Shown piece after piece: positions 8,839-16,896 of a stretch of 25,192 nucleotides of DNA. Numbering within the stretch: the first letter of the stretch is position 1; each line of letters starts with the position of its first letter. A program made the position numbers and the translations under genes. This DNA comes from Candidatus Hydrothermales bacterium (lineage in GTDB: Bacteria > Hydrothermota > Hydrothermia > Hydrothermales > JAJRUZ01): the NCBI GenBank assembly GCA_039630575.1, contig JBCNUW010000024.1, positions 1 to 25,192 on the forward strand, in the 5' to 3' direction. The notes beneath the pieces are model-generated. The model was not told the origin of the DNA and made no database searches. It saw only the letters and a program-made list of their open reading frames with translations.

Positions 8839-9715
8839 ATCAGGATATGTCTCAATAGTGGGAAGACCTAATGTAGGTAAATCTACCCTTCTAAATTCTT
8901 TAATAGGAGAATTTATCTCAATAATAACTCCTAAACCACAAACAACAAGAGTTAATATTTTAGGAATAAAGACAACTCCTAATTATCAGATATGTTTTTA
9001 TGATACTCCTGGAATGCTTAAAAAAGTAAGGTATGAACTTCATAAGACAATGGTTGAAGAGATAAAAAAGGTAATTGAAGACTCAGATCTTGTAATTTTG
9101 ATGGTTGAACCTATTCCTGAAATTGGAGAAGTGGAAGAAAAGTTGATTGAGCTTATTAAAAATTCTAAAAAAGAAACAATACTTGTTATAAACAAAATAG
9201 ATACCGTAAGCAAGAATGAAATTTTGCCTATAATAGATCTTTACAGTAAGTTAAACCTCTTTAAGGAAATTATCCCTATATCTGCCTCAAAGGGTGATGG
9301 TGTTGATATTCTAGAAAGAAAGGTTGTTGATTTACTTCCCTACGGAGAAATGCTTTACGAGGGTGAGGATCTCTCAGATAAGCCCCTACGCTTTTTTATT
9401 GCTGAAATTATAAGAGAAAAAATTTTTAACCTTTATGGAGAAGAAATTCCCTATTCCTCTGCAGTTGAAGTTGAGGAATGGAAAGAGGAGGAAAATAAGG
9501 TTTACATAAAGGCTATAATATATGTTGAAAAGGATTCGCAAAAAGGTATTATAATTGGAAAACAAGGCGAAAAGATTAAAAAAATTGGCACTTTGGCAAG
9601 AATAGATATAGAAAAAAAAATAAATAAAAAAGTTTTTTTAGATCTTTGGGTTAAAGTGAAAGAAAACTGGAGAAGTGATTTGAATTTCTTGAAAAAAATA
9701 GGTTATGTAAGTTAA
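8816..9715 (+). CDS. era: GTPase Era
   Basis: GRPNVGKSTL, PQTTR, DTPG, NKID, EEIPY and KH-domain IIIGKQG motifs. TTG start with SD GGAGGT at 8805-8810. Confidence 0.97.
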   Translation: MESKKDFKSGYVSIVGRPNVGKSTLLNSLIGEFISIITPKPQTTRVNILGIKTTPNYQICFYDTPGMLKKVRYELHKTMVEEIKKVIEDSDLVILMVEPIPEIGEVEEKLIELIKNSKKETILVINKIDTVSKNEILPIIDLYSKLNLFKEIIPISASKGDGVDILERKVVDLLPYGEMLYEGEDLSDKPLRFFIAEIIREKIFNLYGEEIPYSSAVEVEEWKEEENKVYIKAIIYVEKDSQKGIIIGKQGEKIKKIGTLARIDIEKKINKKVFLDLWVKVKENWRSDLNFLKKIGYVS

Positions 9716-9742
9716 ATTTTAAATATGGGAGGTGTTAGAGAG

Positions 9743-10273
9743 ATGGTTATATTTATACCACTTTTTATTTTTGGAGGTGTTTCAAAGAAGGGAACAAAGT
9801 CAGAGTATAAAGAAATTAACTTAAAATCATCAGAATTTGGATATGGTGATATGATTCCGGTCAAGTATACTTGTGATGGTGAAGATATATCACCACCTTT
9901 AGAATGGACTGATGTACCAGAGGGAACTAAAAGTTTTGTTTTAATTTGTGATGACCCTGATGCTCCAATGGGTACATGGGATCATTGGATTCTTTTTAAT
10001 ATACCATCGGATGTTAAGAAGTTAGAAGCCGGGATAAAACCTCTTGAAAAACTTGAAAACGGAGCAATTCATGGTAAAAACAGTTGGGGAAAACTAGGTT
10101 ATGGTGGCCCTTGTCCCCCCTCTGGAACACACAGATACTTCTTTAAGTTATATGCTCTCGATACTTCTCTTGATTTAAAACCAGGAGCAACAAAGAAGGA
10201 AGTATTAAAAAAGATGGAGGGACACATAATCGGTTATGGTGAATTGATGGGAAAATATAAAAGATCAAGATAG
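9743..10273 (+). CDS. YbhB/YbcL family PEBP (Raf kinase inhibitor-like) protein
   Basis: YTCDGEDISPPL, DPDAP, HW and GYGGPCPP.GTHRY motifs. Start moved from 9725 to ATG 9743 because SD GGAGGT lies at 9728-9733. Confidence 0.93.
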   Translation: MVIFIPLFIFGGVSKKGTKSEYKEINLKSSEFGYGDMIPVKYTCDGEDISPPLEWTDVPEGTKSFVLICDDPDAPMGTWDHWILFNIPSDVKKLEAGIKPLEKLENGAIHGKNSWGKLGYGGPCPPSGTHRYFFKLYALDTSLDLKPGATKKEVLKKMEGHIIGYGELMGKYKRSR

Positions 10274-10279
10274 ATAAAA

Positions 10280-11182
10280 TTAAGAAATAAAATATTTTTC
10301 AATAAATTTAAAACATTCAACCATTGAACTAAAGTTTGATTTCCCTTTCATACTATAGGCTGGACCGTGATCTGGAGAAAGTCTTTTAAAAGGTAAACCG
10401 AGAGTTATTTGAATTGATGGACCAAGAAGTTTTGCAGCTGTTGTAGCCTGATCATGATAAAAAGCAAAAATTCCATCAAAGTCCTTGTAAACTGAATAAC
10501 CAAAAAAAGAATCTGAAGGAAAAAAGCCTTTTAAATTTTTACCAAATTTTAAGTATTTTTTTAACTCCCTTTCTTCCTCCCCAAATTCCTCTCCATGAGG
10601 ATTTATTGATAAAAGTGCTATCTTCGGATTTTTCTTTATTAATTTCTTTATCTCCTTTTTAAAGATGGATAGTCTTTCTAAATAAAGATCTTTATTTATA
10701 TAGTTAAAAACTTCTCTTAGAGGGATGTGCTGAGTAAAAAGCCCTATGAATTTCCCTCTAAAATAAAAACTCATCAAGGCTTTTTTTCTTTCAATTCCAA
10801 TTTTCTCGCATAAATACTCAGTTTGCCCAACAAAAGTAGGAACAATTTTTCTAATAGCTTCTTTTGATACAGGTCCAGTTATAATTACTCCCTTTTGTTT
10901 TTTAACCTTTTCAATTACCCAGTTTAGAGACTCAATTGAAAATTTCGCTCCTTCTATAGAGGCACAATTTTTCTCTTTCTTCCTTATCCTGTATATATCT
11001 TCAAAAAAGATACTTTTATTAGAAAGATTTATTCCAAATTCCTTTGCTTTTTTTTTAAAAAAATAGGAGTCAGAACCTACTATAATACTGAATTTTAATT
11101 TTTTTAATTTAGACAAAGCCTTTAAAAGAATTTCAGGACCAACACCAAAAGGATCTCCTGGAGATACGTATACTTTAAGCAA
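10280..11182 (-). CDS. pdxA: PdxA-family dehydrogenase (divergent)
   Basis: GDPFGVGPEI, TGPVSK, TQHIPL, NPH, YHDQ, ITLGLP and SPDHG motifs. Downstream of surA. TTG start. Confidence 0.85.
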   Translation of the reverse strand: MLKVYVSPGDPFGVGPEILLKALSKLKKLKFSIIVGSDSYFFKKKAKEFGINLSNKSIFFEDIYRIRKKEKNCASIEGAKFSIESLNWVIEKVKKQKGVIITGPVSKEAIRKIVPTFVGQTEYLCEKIGIERKKALMSFYFRGKFIGLFTQHIPLREVFNYINKDLYLERLSIFKKEIKKLIKKNPKIALLSINPHGEEFGEEERELKKYLKFGKNLKGFFPSDSFFGYSVYKDFDGIFAFYHDQATTAAKLLGPSIQITLGLPFKRLSPDHGPAYSMKGKSNFSSMVECFKFIEKYFIS

Positions 11183-11441
11183 TTTTTTTCCTCTCTAAAT
11201 TTAAAATCTTTACATATTTATCAAACTCAACTTTTTTTAAATTTTTTTCAGGGACTTCTAAAATTTCGATTTCAATATTTCTGTCTATCAATTCAATTTT
11301 AATTTTATCTTTCTTTTTAACCTTATAAGAGGCTTTAACCTTTTTTTCATTTACATAGATTAATCCTCTTTCGCAAGCAATTTTAGCATATTTTCTGCTT
11401 TTTATAATATTAAAAAACTTTATAAATTTATCAATCCTCAA
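11175..11441 (-). CDS. S4-domain RNA-binding protein, RqcP/YabO (Hsp15)-like
   Basis: 88 aa reading MRIDKF...IIKSRKYAK..CERG.I.VN...KAS..VK..D.I. TTG start. Confidence 0.85.
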   Translation of the reverse strand: MRIDKFIKFFNIIKSRKYAKIACERGLIYVNEKKVKASYKVKKKDKIKIELIDRNIEIEILEVPEKNLKKVEFDKYVKILNLERKKIA

Positions 11442-11447
11442 ATTAAC

Positions 11448-12707
11448 TCATTGATCGAATATTTCAAAATAAACTTTATCTTTTAACTCAGAAGCCTTTT
11501 TTTTCAAAAGTTGTTGAACCTTTCGCTGAAAAAGGAGATTCTGAATTTGAAACTTAATCTCCTCAAAAGATGGTTTACCTCCTCTGCTATAATAAATCCT
11601 TTTAAAAATATGATAACCGTAATCCAAATAAAAGGGTCCAACTATATCTCCGTCCTTTGAGTTTAAAAGTTTTGTCTTTACATCCTCCTTTAAGTTTTCA
11701 GAAGGAACAAAGCCCAAATATCCTTTTTTATCTTTTGTTAGGGGATCTTCTGAGTATTTTCTTACTGCTTCCTCAAATCCCTTTTCCTCAGCAAATTTAA
11801 TCGCTTCTTTAGCCTTGTTTAATGTCCTTATTGTATCCTCCTTTGTAGGAAGTGTTGCAATAACAATTTGCCTTAAATGAATCTTATTTTCTTTTTTATC
11901 TACAATTTGAAAAATAAAAAAACCAAGATCCCCTTGAATTGGTTGTAAAATCTCACCTTTTTTAGACTTATATAATTTCTCTTCAACTTCTTGAGGAAAA
12001 GTTCCCCTTTCTATATAACCTATGTCTCCTCCTTTAATAGCCGAAAATTTGTCATCAGAATATTTGAGAGCAAGATAACCAAAATCAGCACCCTCTTTTA
12101 ACTCTTTATATACTGATTCTGCCTTCTTTCTTGCTGTCTCTACTATTTCCTTTGAGGGCTTTACAGGGATAAATATATGTGAGATTTCAAATCCTTCTGG
12201 AAGTTCAGGAATAGAATCTATATAATCATTATAAAATTTTTCAATTTCTGAAGGTGTTATTTCTATTTTTGGTGTTATATATTTTGCTATATATTTTTGA
12301 ATATATAAATTACGTTCAACCTGTTCATAATACTTTTCTTTTAATGTTTCCTCATTTAAGTTTTCTTTTCTAAGTTCATCGGCGAAAACAGAGTCACCCA
12401 TCTCTTTCTTTAACCTACTTATTTCATCTTCAAGATAAGAATTTATCTCTTCATGTTCTACTTTAATTGTGGTATCCTTTTTAGCCTCAATTAAAATAAG
12501 TTCATTTTCTATTAAACTTTCTAATATTTTCTTCCTTAAATCTTTTTCCTCCTCCTCTTTTAATTCAGGTTTTAAAAGTTTAAAAAATTTAAGAGCCTCT
12601 TTAACCTCACTTTCAAGTATAGGTTTTTTATCAACAACAGCTACAATTCTATCTCTATATAAAAGGTTTTCAGAGGTAAAAATTATAAGACTAAATAAAA
12701 TCTTCAT
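11448..12707 (-). CDS. surA: SurA-like periplasmic peptidyl-prolyl isomerase/chaperone
   Basis: DRIVAVVD..PILESEV N-terminal domain and two parvulin domains (SHIF...FGYLALKYSDD...GGDIG; KYSED...GYLG...GYHIF). Confidence 0.9.
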   Translation of the reverse strand: MKILFSLIIFTSENLLYRDRIVAVVDKKPILESEVKEALKFFKLLKPELKEEEEKDLRKKILESLIENELILIEAKKDTTIKVEHEEINSYLEDEISRLKKEMGDSVFADELRKENLNEETLKEKYYEQVERNLYIQKYIAKYITPKIEITPSEIEKFYNDYIDSIPELPEGFEISHIFIPVKPSKEIVETARKKAESVYKELKEGADFGYLALKYSDDKFSAIKGGDIGYIERGTFPQEVEEKLYKSKKGEILQPIQGDLGFFIFQIVDKKENKIHLRQIVIATLPTKEDTIRTLNKAKEAIKFAEEKGFEEAVRKYSEDPLTKDKKGYLGFVPSENLKEDVKTKLLNSKDGDIVGPFYLDYGYHIFKRIYYSRGGKPSFEEIKFQIQNLLFQRKVQQLLKKKASELKDKVYFEIFDQ

Positions 12708-12709
12708 CT

Positions 12710-13888
12710 TTAAACCATCTCAATCGATAACGAGACAGCTCCTCCCCCTCCCAAACATAAAGCAGCAAATCCTTTTTTCTTACCATAATGTTTTAAGGCA
12801 TGAATAAGTGTAACAAGGATTCTGGCTCCTGAAGCTCCTATAGGATGGCCAATTGCTATTGCACCTCCATGAACATTCACTTTTTTTGTGTCTAATTCAA
12901 GAGCTTTTGCATCAGCCAGAAATTGTGCAGCAAATGCCTCATTTATTTCCATCAAATCGAAATCGTTAGGATGTTTCAATCCAGATTTCTCCGTTAATTT
13001 CTTTATAGCCCCAATAGGTGCAAAAAAAAGCTCCTTTGGTTCGACAAAATTTGTAGCGTAAGATATTACTCTTGCTATAGGTTTTAAATTCAATTCCTTT
13101 ACTGCCTTCTCTGAGGCAATAACAACCGCTGCAGCACCATCATTGAGTCCCGGTGCATTTCCAGCTGTAACGGTTCCATCTTTCTCAAAAACAGGTTTTA
13201 ATTCAGCTAATTTTTCAAGCGAAGTGTCCTCCCTTGGTGATTCGTCCCTATCAATTACTTTTATACCTTCCTTTGTTTTTATTTCTATGGGTATTATCTC
13301 CTCTTTAAATTTACCCTCCTTTGTCGCCTTTACTGCTTTCATATGACTTTCATAAGCTAATTTATCTTGTTCCTCCCTTGTTATACCTGCTTTTCTTGCC
13401 GTATATTCAGCGAGATTACCCATATGCTGGTTGTTAAAAGAGCACCATAAACCATCATAGACCATATGATCAACAGCTTTAGAATCACCATACTTTACTC
13501 CAGATCTTAAATTCAAAAGATGGGGAGCATTGCTCATTGACTCCATTCCACCACAAATTGCAACTTCTATATCCCCTGCCTTTATCGCCTGAACACCTAA
13601 CATGCAAGCCTTTAGACCTGATCCACAAACTTTATTAACTGTAAATGCAGGGATTGATGCATTTAATCCAGCTTTTATAGAAGCAATCCGTGCTGGAGCC
13701 TGCCCCAACCCAGCTGGTAAAACACATCCCATTATAACTTCATCAACTTTTTCAGGAGGAATATTTGCCCTCTTAACAGCTTCCTTAATCACTATTCCAC
13801 CCAAATCTGTTGAATTTAATGAAGATAAATTTCCTAAAATTTTTCCAACTGGTGTTCTTACACCTGATATAATAAAAACTTCTTTCAT
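12710..13888 (-). CDS. Acetyl-CoA C-acetyltransferase (thiolase)
   Basis: NKVCGSG (catalytic Cys), GGMESMS, EINEAFA, GHPIGASG and CLGGG motifs. Confidence 0.97.
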   Translation of the reverse strand: MKEVFIISGVRTPVGKILGNLSSLNSTDLGGIVIKEAVKRANIPPEKVDEVIMGCVLPAGLGQAPARIASIKAGLNASIPAFTVNKVCGSGLKACMLGVQAIKAGDIEVAICGGMESMSNAPHLLNLRSGVKYGDSKAVDHMVYDGLWCSFNNQHMGNLAEYTARKAGITREEQDKLAYESHMKAVKATKEGKFKEEIIPIEIKTKEGIKVIDRDESPREDTSLEKLAELKPVFEKDGTVTAGNAPGLNDGAAAVVIASEKAVKELNLKPIARVISYATNFVEPKELFFAPIGAIKKLTEKSGLKHPNDFDLMEINEAFAAQFLADAKALELDTKKVNVHGGAIAIGHPIGASGARILVTLIHALKHYGKKKGFAALCLGGGGAVSLSIEMV

Positions 13889-13909
13889 TTTTATTTTTCT
13901 AATTACTTT

Positions 13910-13920
13910 GGATTTGAACC
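13910..13920 (-). promoter_or_regulatory. T-loop-like hairpin GGTTCAAATCC in the thiolase 5' UTR
   Basis: Minus strand reads TTTA-GG-TTCAAAT-CC-AAA, 21 nt before the ATG, with no SD. A TAAAAT -10-like hexamer lies just upstream (13938-13933). Confidence 0.65.
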
Positions 13921-13951
13921 TAAATAAAAATTATTTTAATATATTTTATTC

Positions 13952-15223
13952 ATGAAAGTAAAAGTAAGGTTTTATGAAGAATTGAATGATTTTTTACCAG
14001 TCCATTTAAGAAAAAGAGAATTTGAACTTTTTCTTGAAGAGGGTAAAAAAGTAAAAGATATACTTGAAATTTTTAAAATTAAAAGTGAGTATGTACATCT
14101 TGTTCTTGTAAATGGTGAAAATTCCTTCTTGGAAAGAAAGTTAAAGGAAAATGATAGAGTTTCCTTTTTTCCTATATTTGAGACTATTGATATAACTCCA
14201 ATAAAAATAATAAACCAAAAAAGAGTAAAGGAAAGTATTTACGAGAAAAAAAACGGTTACTCAATATGTCTTGTCTGTGAGAGAAGATGTAAATTAAAAA
14301 AAGGTGATTTGGGATTCTGTAAAACAAGAATCAATGTGGATGGAAAAATTTACACATTAATTTATGGTGATATATCTTCTCTCAGTATAAATCCCATCGA
14401 AAAAAAACCATTTTTTCATTTTTATCCTGGTACTAAAGCACTCACTGTGGGTTCTTTTTCCTGTAATTTTTTATGCCCCTGGTGTCAAAATTTTGAGATA
14501 AGTAAGACACCAGAAAATATAGGAAAGGGAGAGTATATATCACCAAAAAGATTTATTGAACTAATGAAGAAATACAAGTGTGCAGGGACAAGTATTTCCT
14601 TTAATGAACCAACTCTTTTACTTGAGTATTCTGTTGATGTTTTTAAACTTGCTAAAAGTGAAAATTATTATAATACCTTTGTTTCAAATGGTTATATGAC
14701 AGAAGAAGCACTCAATAGATTAATAGATGCAGGTCTCGATGCCATAAATTATGATCTAAAAGGAAATAGAGAATTTGTTAAAAAGTTTTGTGGAGCCGAT
14801 GTAGAAAAAGTTTGGAGAAATATAAAGATTTCAAAGAATAAAGGTTTATGGGTTGAAATAATAACTCTGGTCATTGAGGGCTTTAATGATAAAGAAGAAG
14901 ATATAAGGGGTATTGCAAAAAGAATAAAGGAAGAAGTTGGAGATGATATCCCATATCATTTAACTAGATACTACCCATCATATAAATTTAGTTCACCTCC
15001 CACCTCTGTTAAAAGACTTGAGATTTTAAGAGATGTTGCTTTAAATGAAGGATTACAATATGTTTATATTGGGAATGTCCCTTTTCATAAATATGAAAAT
15101 ACCTATTGTCATAATTGTAAAGTTTTACTTATAAAAAGAAATATTTTTGATGTAGAGGAAAATAAAGTAATTAAGGGAAAATGTTTTAAATGCGGTGTAA
15201 AAATTCCTGGAGTATTCATTTAA
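13952..15223 (+). CDS. amrS: AmmeMemoRadiSam system radical SAM enzyme with N-terminal Ub-Mut7C-like ubiquitin domain
   Basis: CLVCERRC...GFC, PIEKKPFFHFYPG, CNFLCPWCQN (CxxxCxxC), FNEP, YVYIGNV...NTYCHNC and CFKCG motifs. Residues 1 to about 85 read RFYEELNDFLP...VKD...V.LVLVNGE...DRVSFFP.FE.IDI. Confidence 0.92.
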   Translation: MKVKVRFYEELNDFLPVHLRKREFELFLEEGKKVKDILEIFKIKSEYVHLVLVNGENSFLERKLKENDRVSFFPIFETIDITPIKIINQKRVKESIYEKKNGYSICLVCERRCKLKKGDLGFCKTRINVDGKIYTLIYGDISSLSINPIEKKPFFHFYPGTKALTVGSFSCNFLCPWCQNFEISKTPENIGKGEYISPKRFIELMKKYKCAGTSISFNEPTLLLEYSVDVFKLAKSENYYNTFVSNGYMTEEALNRLIDAGLDAINYDLKGNREFVKKFCGADVEKVWRNIKISKNKGLWVEIITLVIEGFNDKEEDIRGIAKRIKEEVGDDIPYHLTRYYPSYKFSSPPTSVKRLEILRDVALNEGLQYVYIGNVPFHKYENTYCHNCKVLLIKRNIFDVEENKVIKGKCFKCGVKIPGVFI

Positions 15224-15234
15224 CTAAAATAACT

Positions 15235-15264
15235 TTGAAAATTAAAGATAAATTTCAATAAAAT
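15235..15264 (+). promoter_or_regulatory. Putative sigma70 promoter of pruA
   Basis: TTGAAA (15235-15240), an 18-nt spacer, then TAAAAT (15259-15264). The AT-rich background lowers specificity. Confidence 0.45.
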
Positions 15265-15274
15265 TAAACTTAAT

Positions 15275-15285
15275 GGTTCAATTCC
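15275..15285 (+). promoter_or_regulatory. T-loop-like hairpin GGTTCAATTCC in the pruA 5' UTR
   Basis: 33 nt before the ATG and a few nt after the predicted transcription start. This leader also carries SD GGAGG. Confidence 0.55.
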
Positions 15286-15318
15286 TTCTTCTAACTTGTA
15301 AAATTGGAGGGAAATTAA

Positions 15319-16881
15319 ATGGCTTTTAATGTTTCTACATTTAGAAATGAACCTTTTACAGATTTTTCTGATCCATTAAATAAAAAAGCTTTTGAAGAAG
15401 CCTTAAAAAAAGTGGAGTCTGAACTTGGAAGAAAGTATCCGCTTATAATTAAAGGTAAAGAAGTTTATACAAATGAAACTTTTAAAAGTATTAATCCATC
15501 AAAATACGATGAAATTATAGGCGAATTTTCAGTTGCAAAGAGAGAGCATATAGAGGAGGCTATTAATGTTTCATGGGAAACCTTTGAAGAATGGAAAAAA
15601 ATAAATGCAAAGGAAAGGGCTGCAATTTTACTTAGAGCAGCCTACTTATTGAGAAAAAGAAAACATGAATTTTCTGCTACAATGGTTCTTGAAGTTGGGA
15701 AAAATTGGGCTGAAGCAGATGCTGATACTGCTGAAGCGATAGATTATTTGGAATTCTACGCAAGGGAAGCTGTTAGGTTTGGAGAACTTCAAAGCCTTAC
15801 ACCTTTTGAAGGTGAAATTCCGGAATACTTTTACATTCCCCTTGGAGTAGGTGTTATTATTCCACCATGGAACTTTCCTTTAGCTATCACATTAGGAATG
15901 ACAACTGCAAGTATAGTGACAGGGAATTGTGCAATTTTAAAGCCATCTTCTGATGCTCCTTTAATTGCCTATAAATTTGTCAAACTGATGCATGAAGCAG
16001 GATTACCAGAAGGGGTTTTAAATCTTCTTACAGGATCTGGATCTAAAGTGGGTGATCCTCTTGTTTCCCACCCCAAAACAAGATTTGTAGCTTTTACAGG
16101 ATCAAGAGAGGTTGGGTGCCATATTTACGAACTTGCAGCAAAAGTAAGTCAGGGACAAAAATGGTTAAAAAGAGTTATAGCTGAAATGGGTGGAAAGAAT
16201 GCAATAATAATTGATAAAGAGGCAAACTTTGAGGATGCTGTAAAATGGGTAATAGTCTCTGCTTATGGCTATCAAGGACAAAAATGTTCAGCTTGCTCGA
16301 GACTTATTGTTCACAAAGATATTTATGATAAATTTATTGAAATGCTTTTAGAAGAGGTAAAGAAAATCAAAATTGGACCTGCCAGAGAAAACTACTTCAT
16401 GGGGCCAGTAATTAATGCTTCATCAGAGAATAAGATATTAAGTTATATAGAAACTGGAAAAAAAGAGGGTAAATTGATTTTTGGAGGTAAAAAAGCACAG
16501 ATTGAAGGTGGTTATTTTATTGAACCAACAGTATTCATAGATATTGATGAAAATGCTACTATAGCTCAAGAGGAGATTTTTGGTCCAGTACTTTCTGTAA
16601 TAAAAGCAAAAGATTTTGATGATGCCATAAGAATTGCAAATAACTCAGACTATGGTCTTACAGGAGCTGTTTTCTCATTTAATAGGAAAAATATTATAAA
16701 GGCAAAAGAAGATTTCCATGTTGGTAATCTTTACATTAATAGGAAATGCACGGGTGCTTTAGTAGATGTTCATCCTTTTGGAGGATTTAATATGTCAGGA
16801 ACTGATTCAAAAGCAGGTGGAAGAGACTATCTACTTTTATTCCTTCAAGGTAAAAGTGTTTCAGAGAGAATATCCTTTTAA
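15319..16881 (+). CDS. pruA: L-glutamate gamma-semialdehyde (P5C) dehydrogenase
   Basis: FRNEPFTDF, IPPWNFPLAI, FTGS, AEMGGKN, GQKCSACSR, EEIFGP and GTDSKAGG motifs. Confidence 0.96.
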   Translation: MAFNVSTFRNEPFTDFSDPLNKKAFEEALKKVESELGRKYPLIIKGKEVYTNETFKSINPSKYDEIIGEFSVAKREHIEEAINVSWETFEEWKKINAKERAAILLRAAYLLRKRKHEFSATMVLEVGKNWAEADADTAEAIDYLEFYAREAVRFGELQSLTPFEGEIPEYFYIPLGVGVIIPPWNFPLAITLGMTTASIVTGNCAILKPSSDAPLIAYKFVKLMHEAGLPEGVLNLLTGSGSKVGDPLVSHPKTRFVAFTGSREVGCHIYELAAKVSQGQKWLKRVIAEMGGKNAIIIDKEANFEDAVKWVIVSAYGYQGQKCSACSRLIVHKDIYDKFIEMLLEEVKKIKIGPARENYFMGPVINASSENKILSYIETGKKEGKLIFGGKKAQIEGGYFIEPTVFIDIDENATIAQEEIFGPVLSVIKAKDFDDAIRIANNSDYGLTGAVFSFNRKNIIKAKEDFHVGNLYINRKCTGALVDVHPFGGFNMSGTDSKAGGRDYLLLFLQGKSVSERISF

Positions 16882-16896
16882 TTCTATTTAAAGTTT

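Noticed and set aside
15260..15300. T-loop motifs as tRNA genes or tRNA-derived att sites
   Set aside because: No acceptor, D or anticodon arms around any copy, no CCA at the proper spacing, and no integrase or mobile element in the window.
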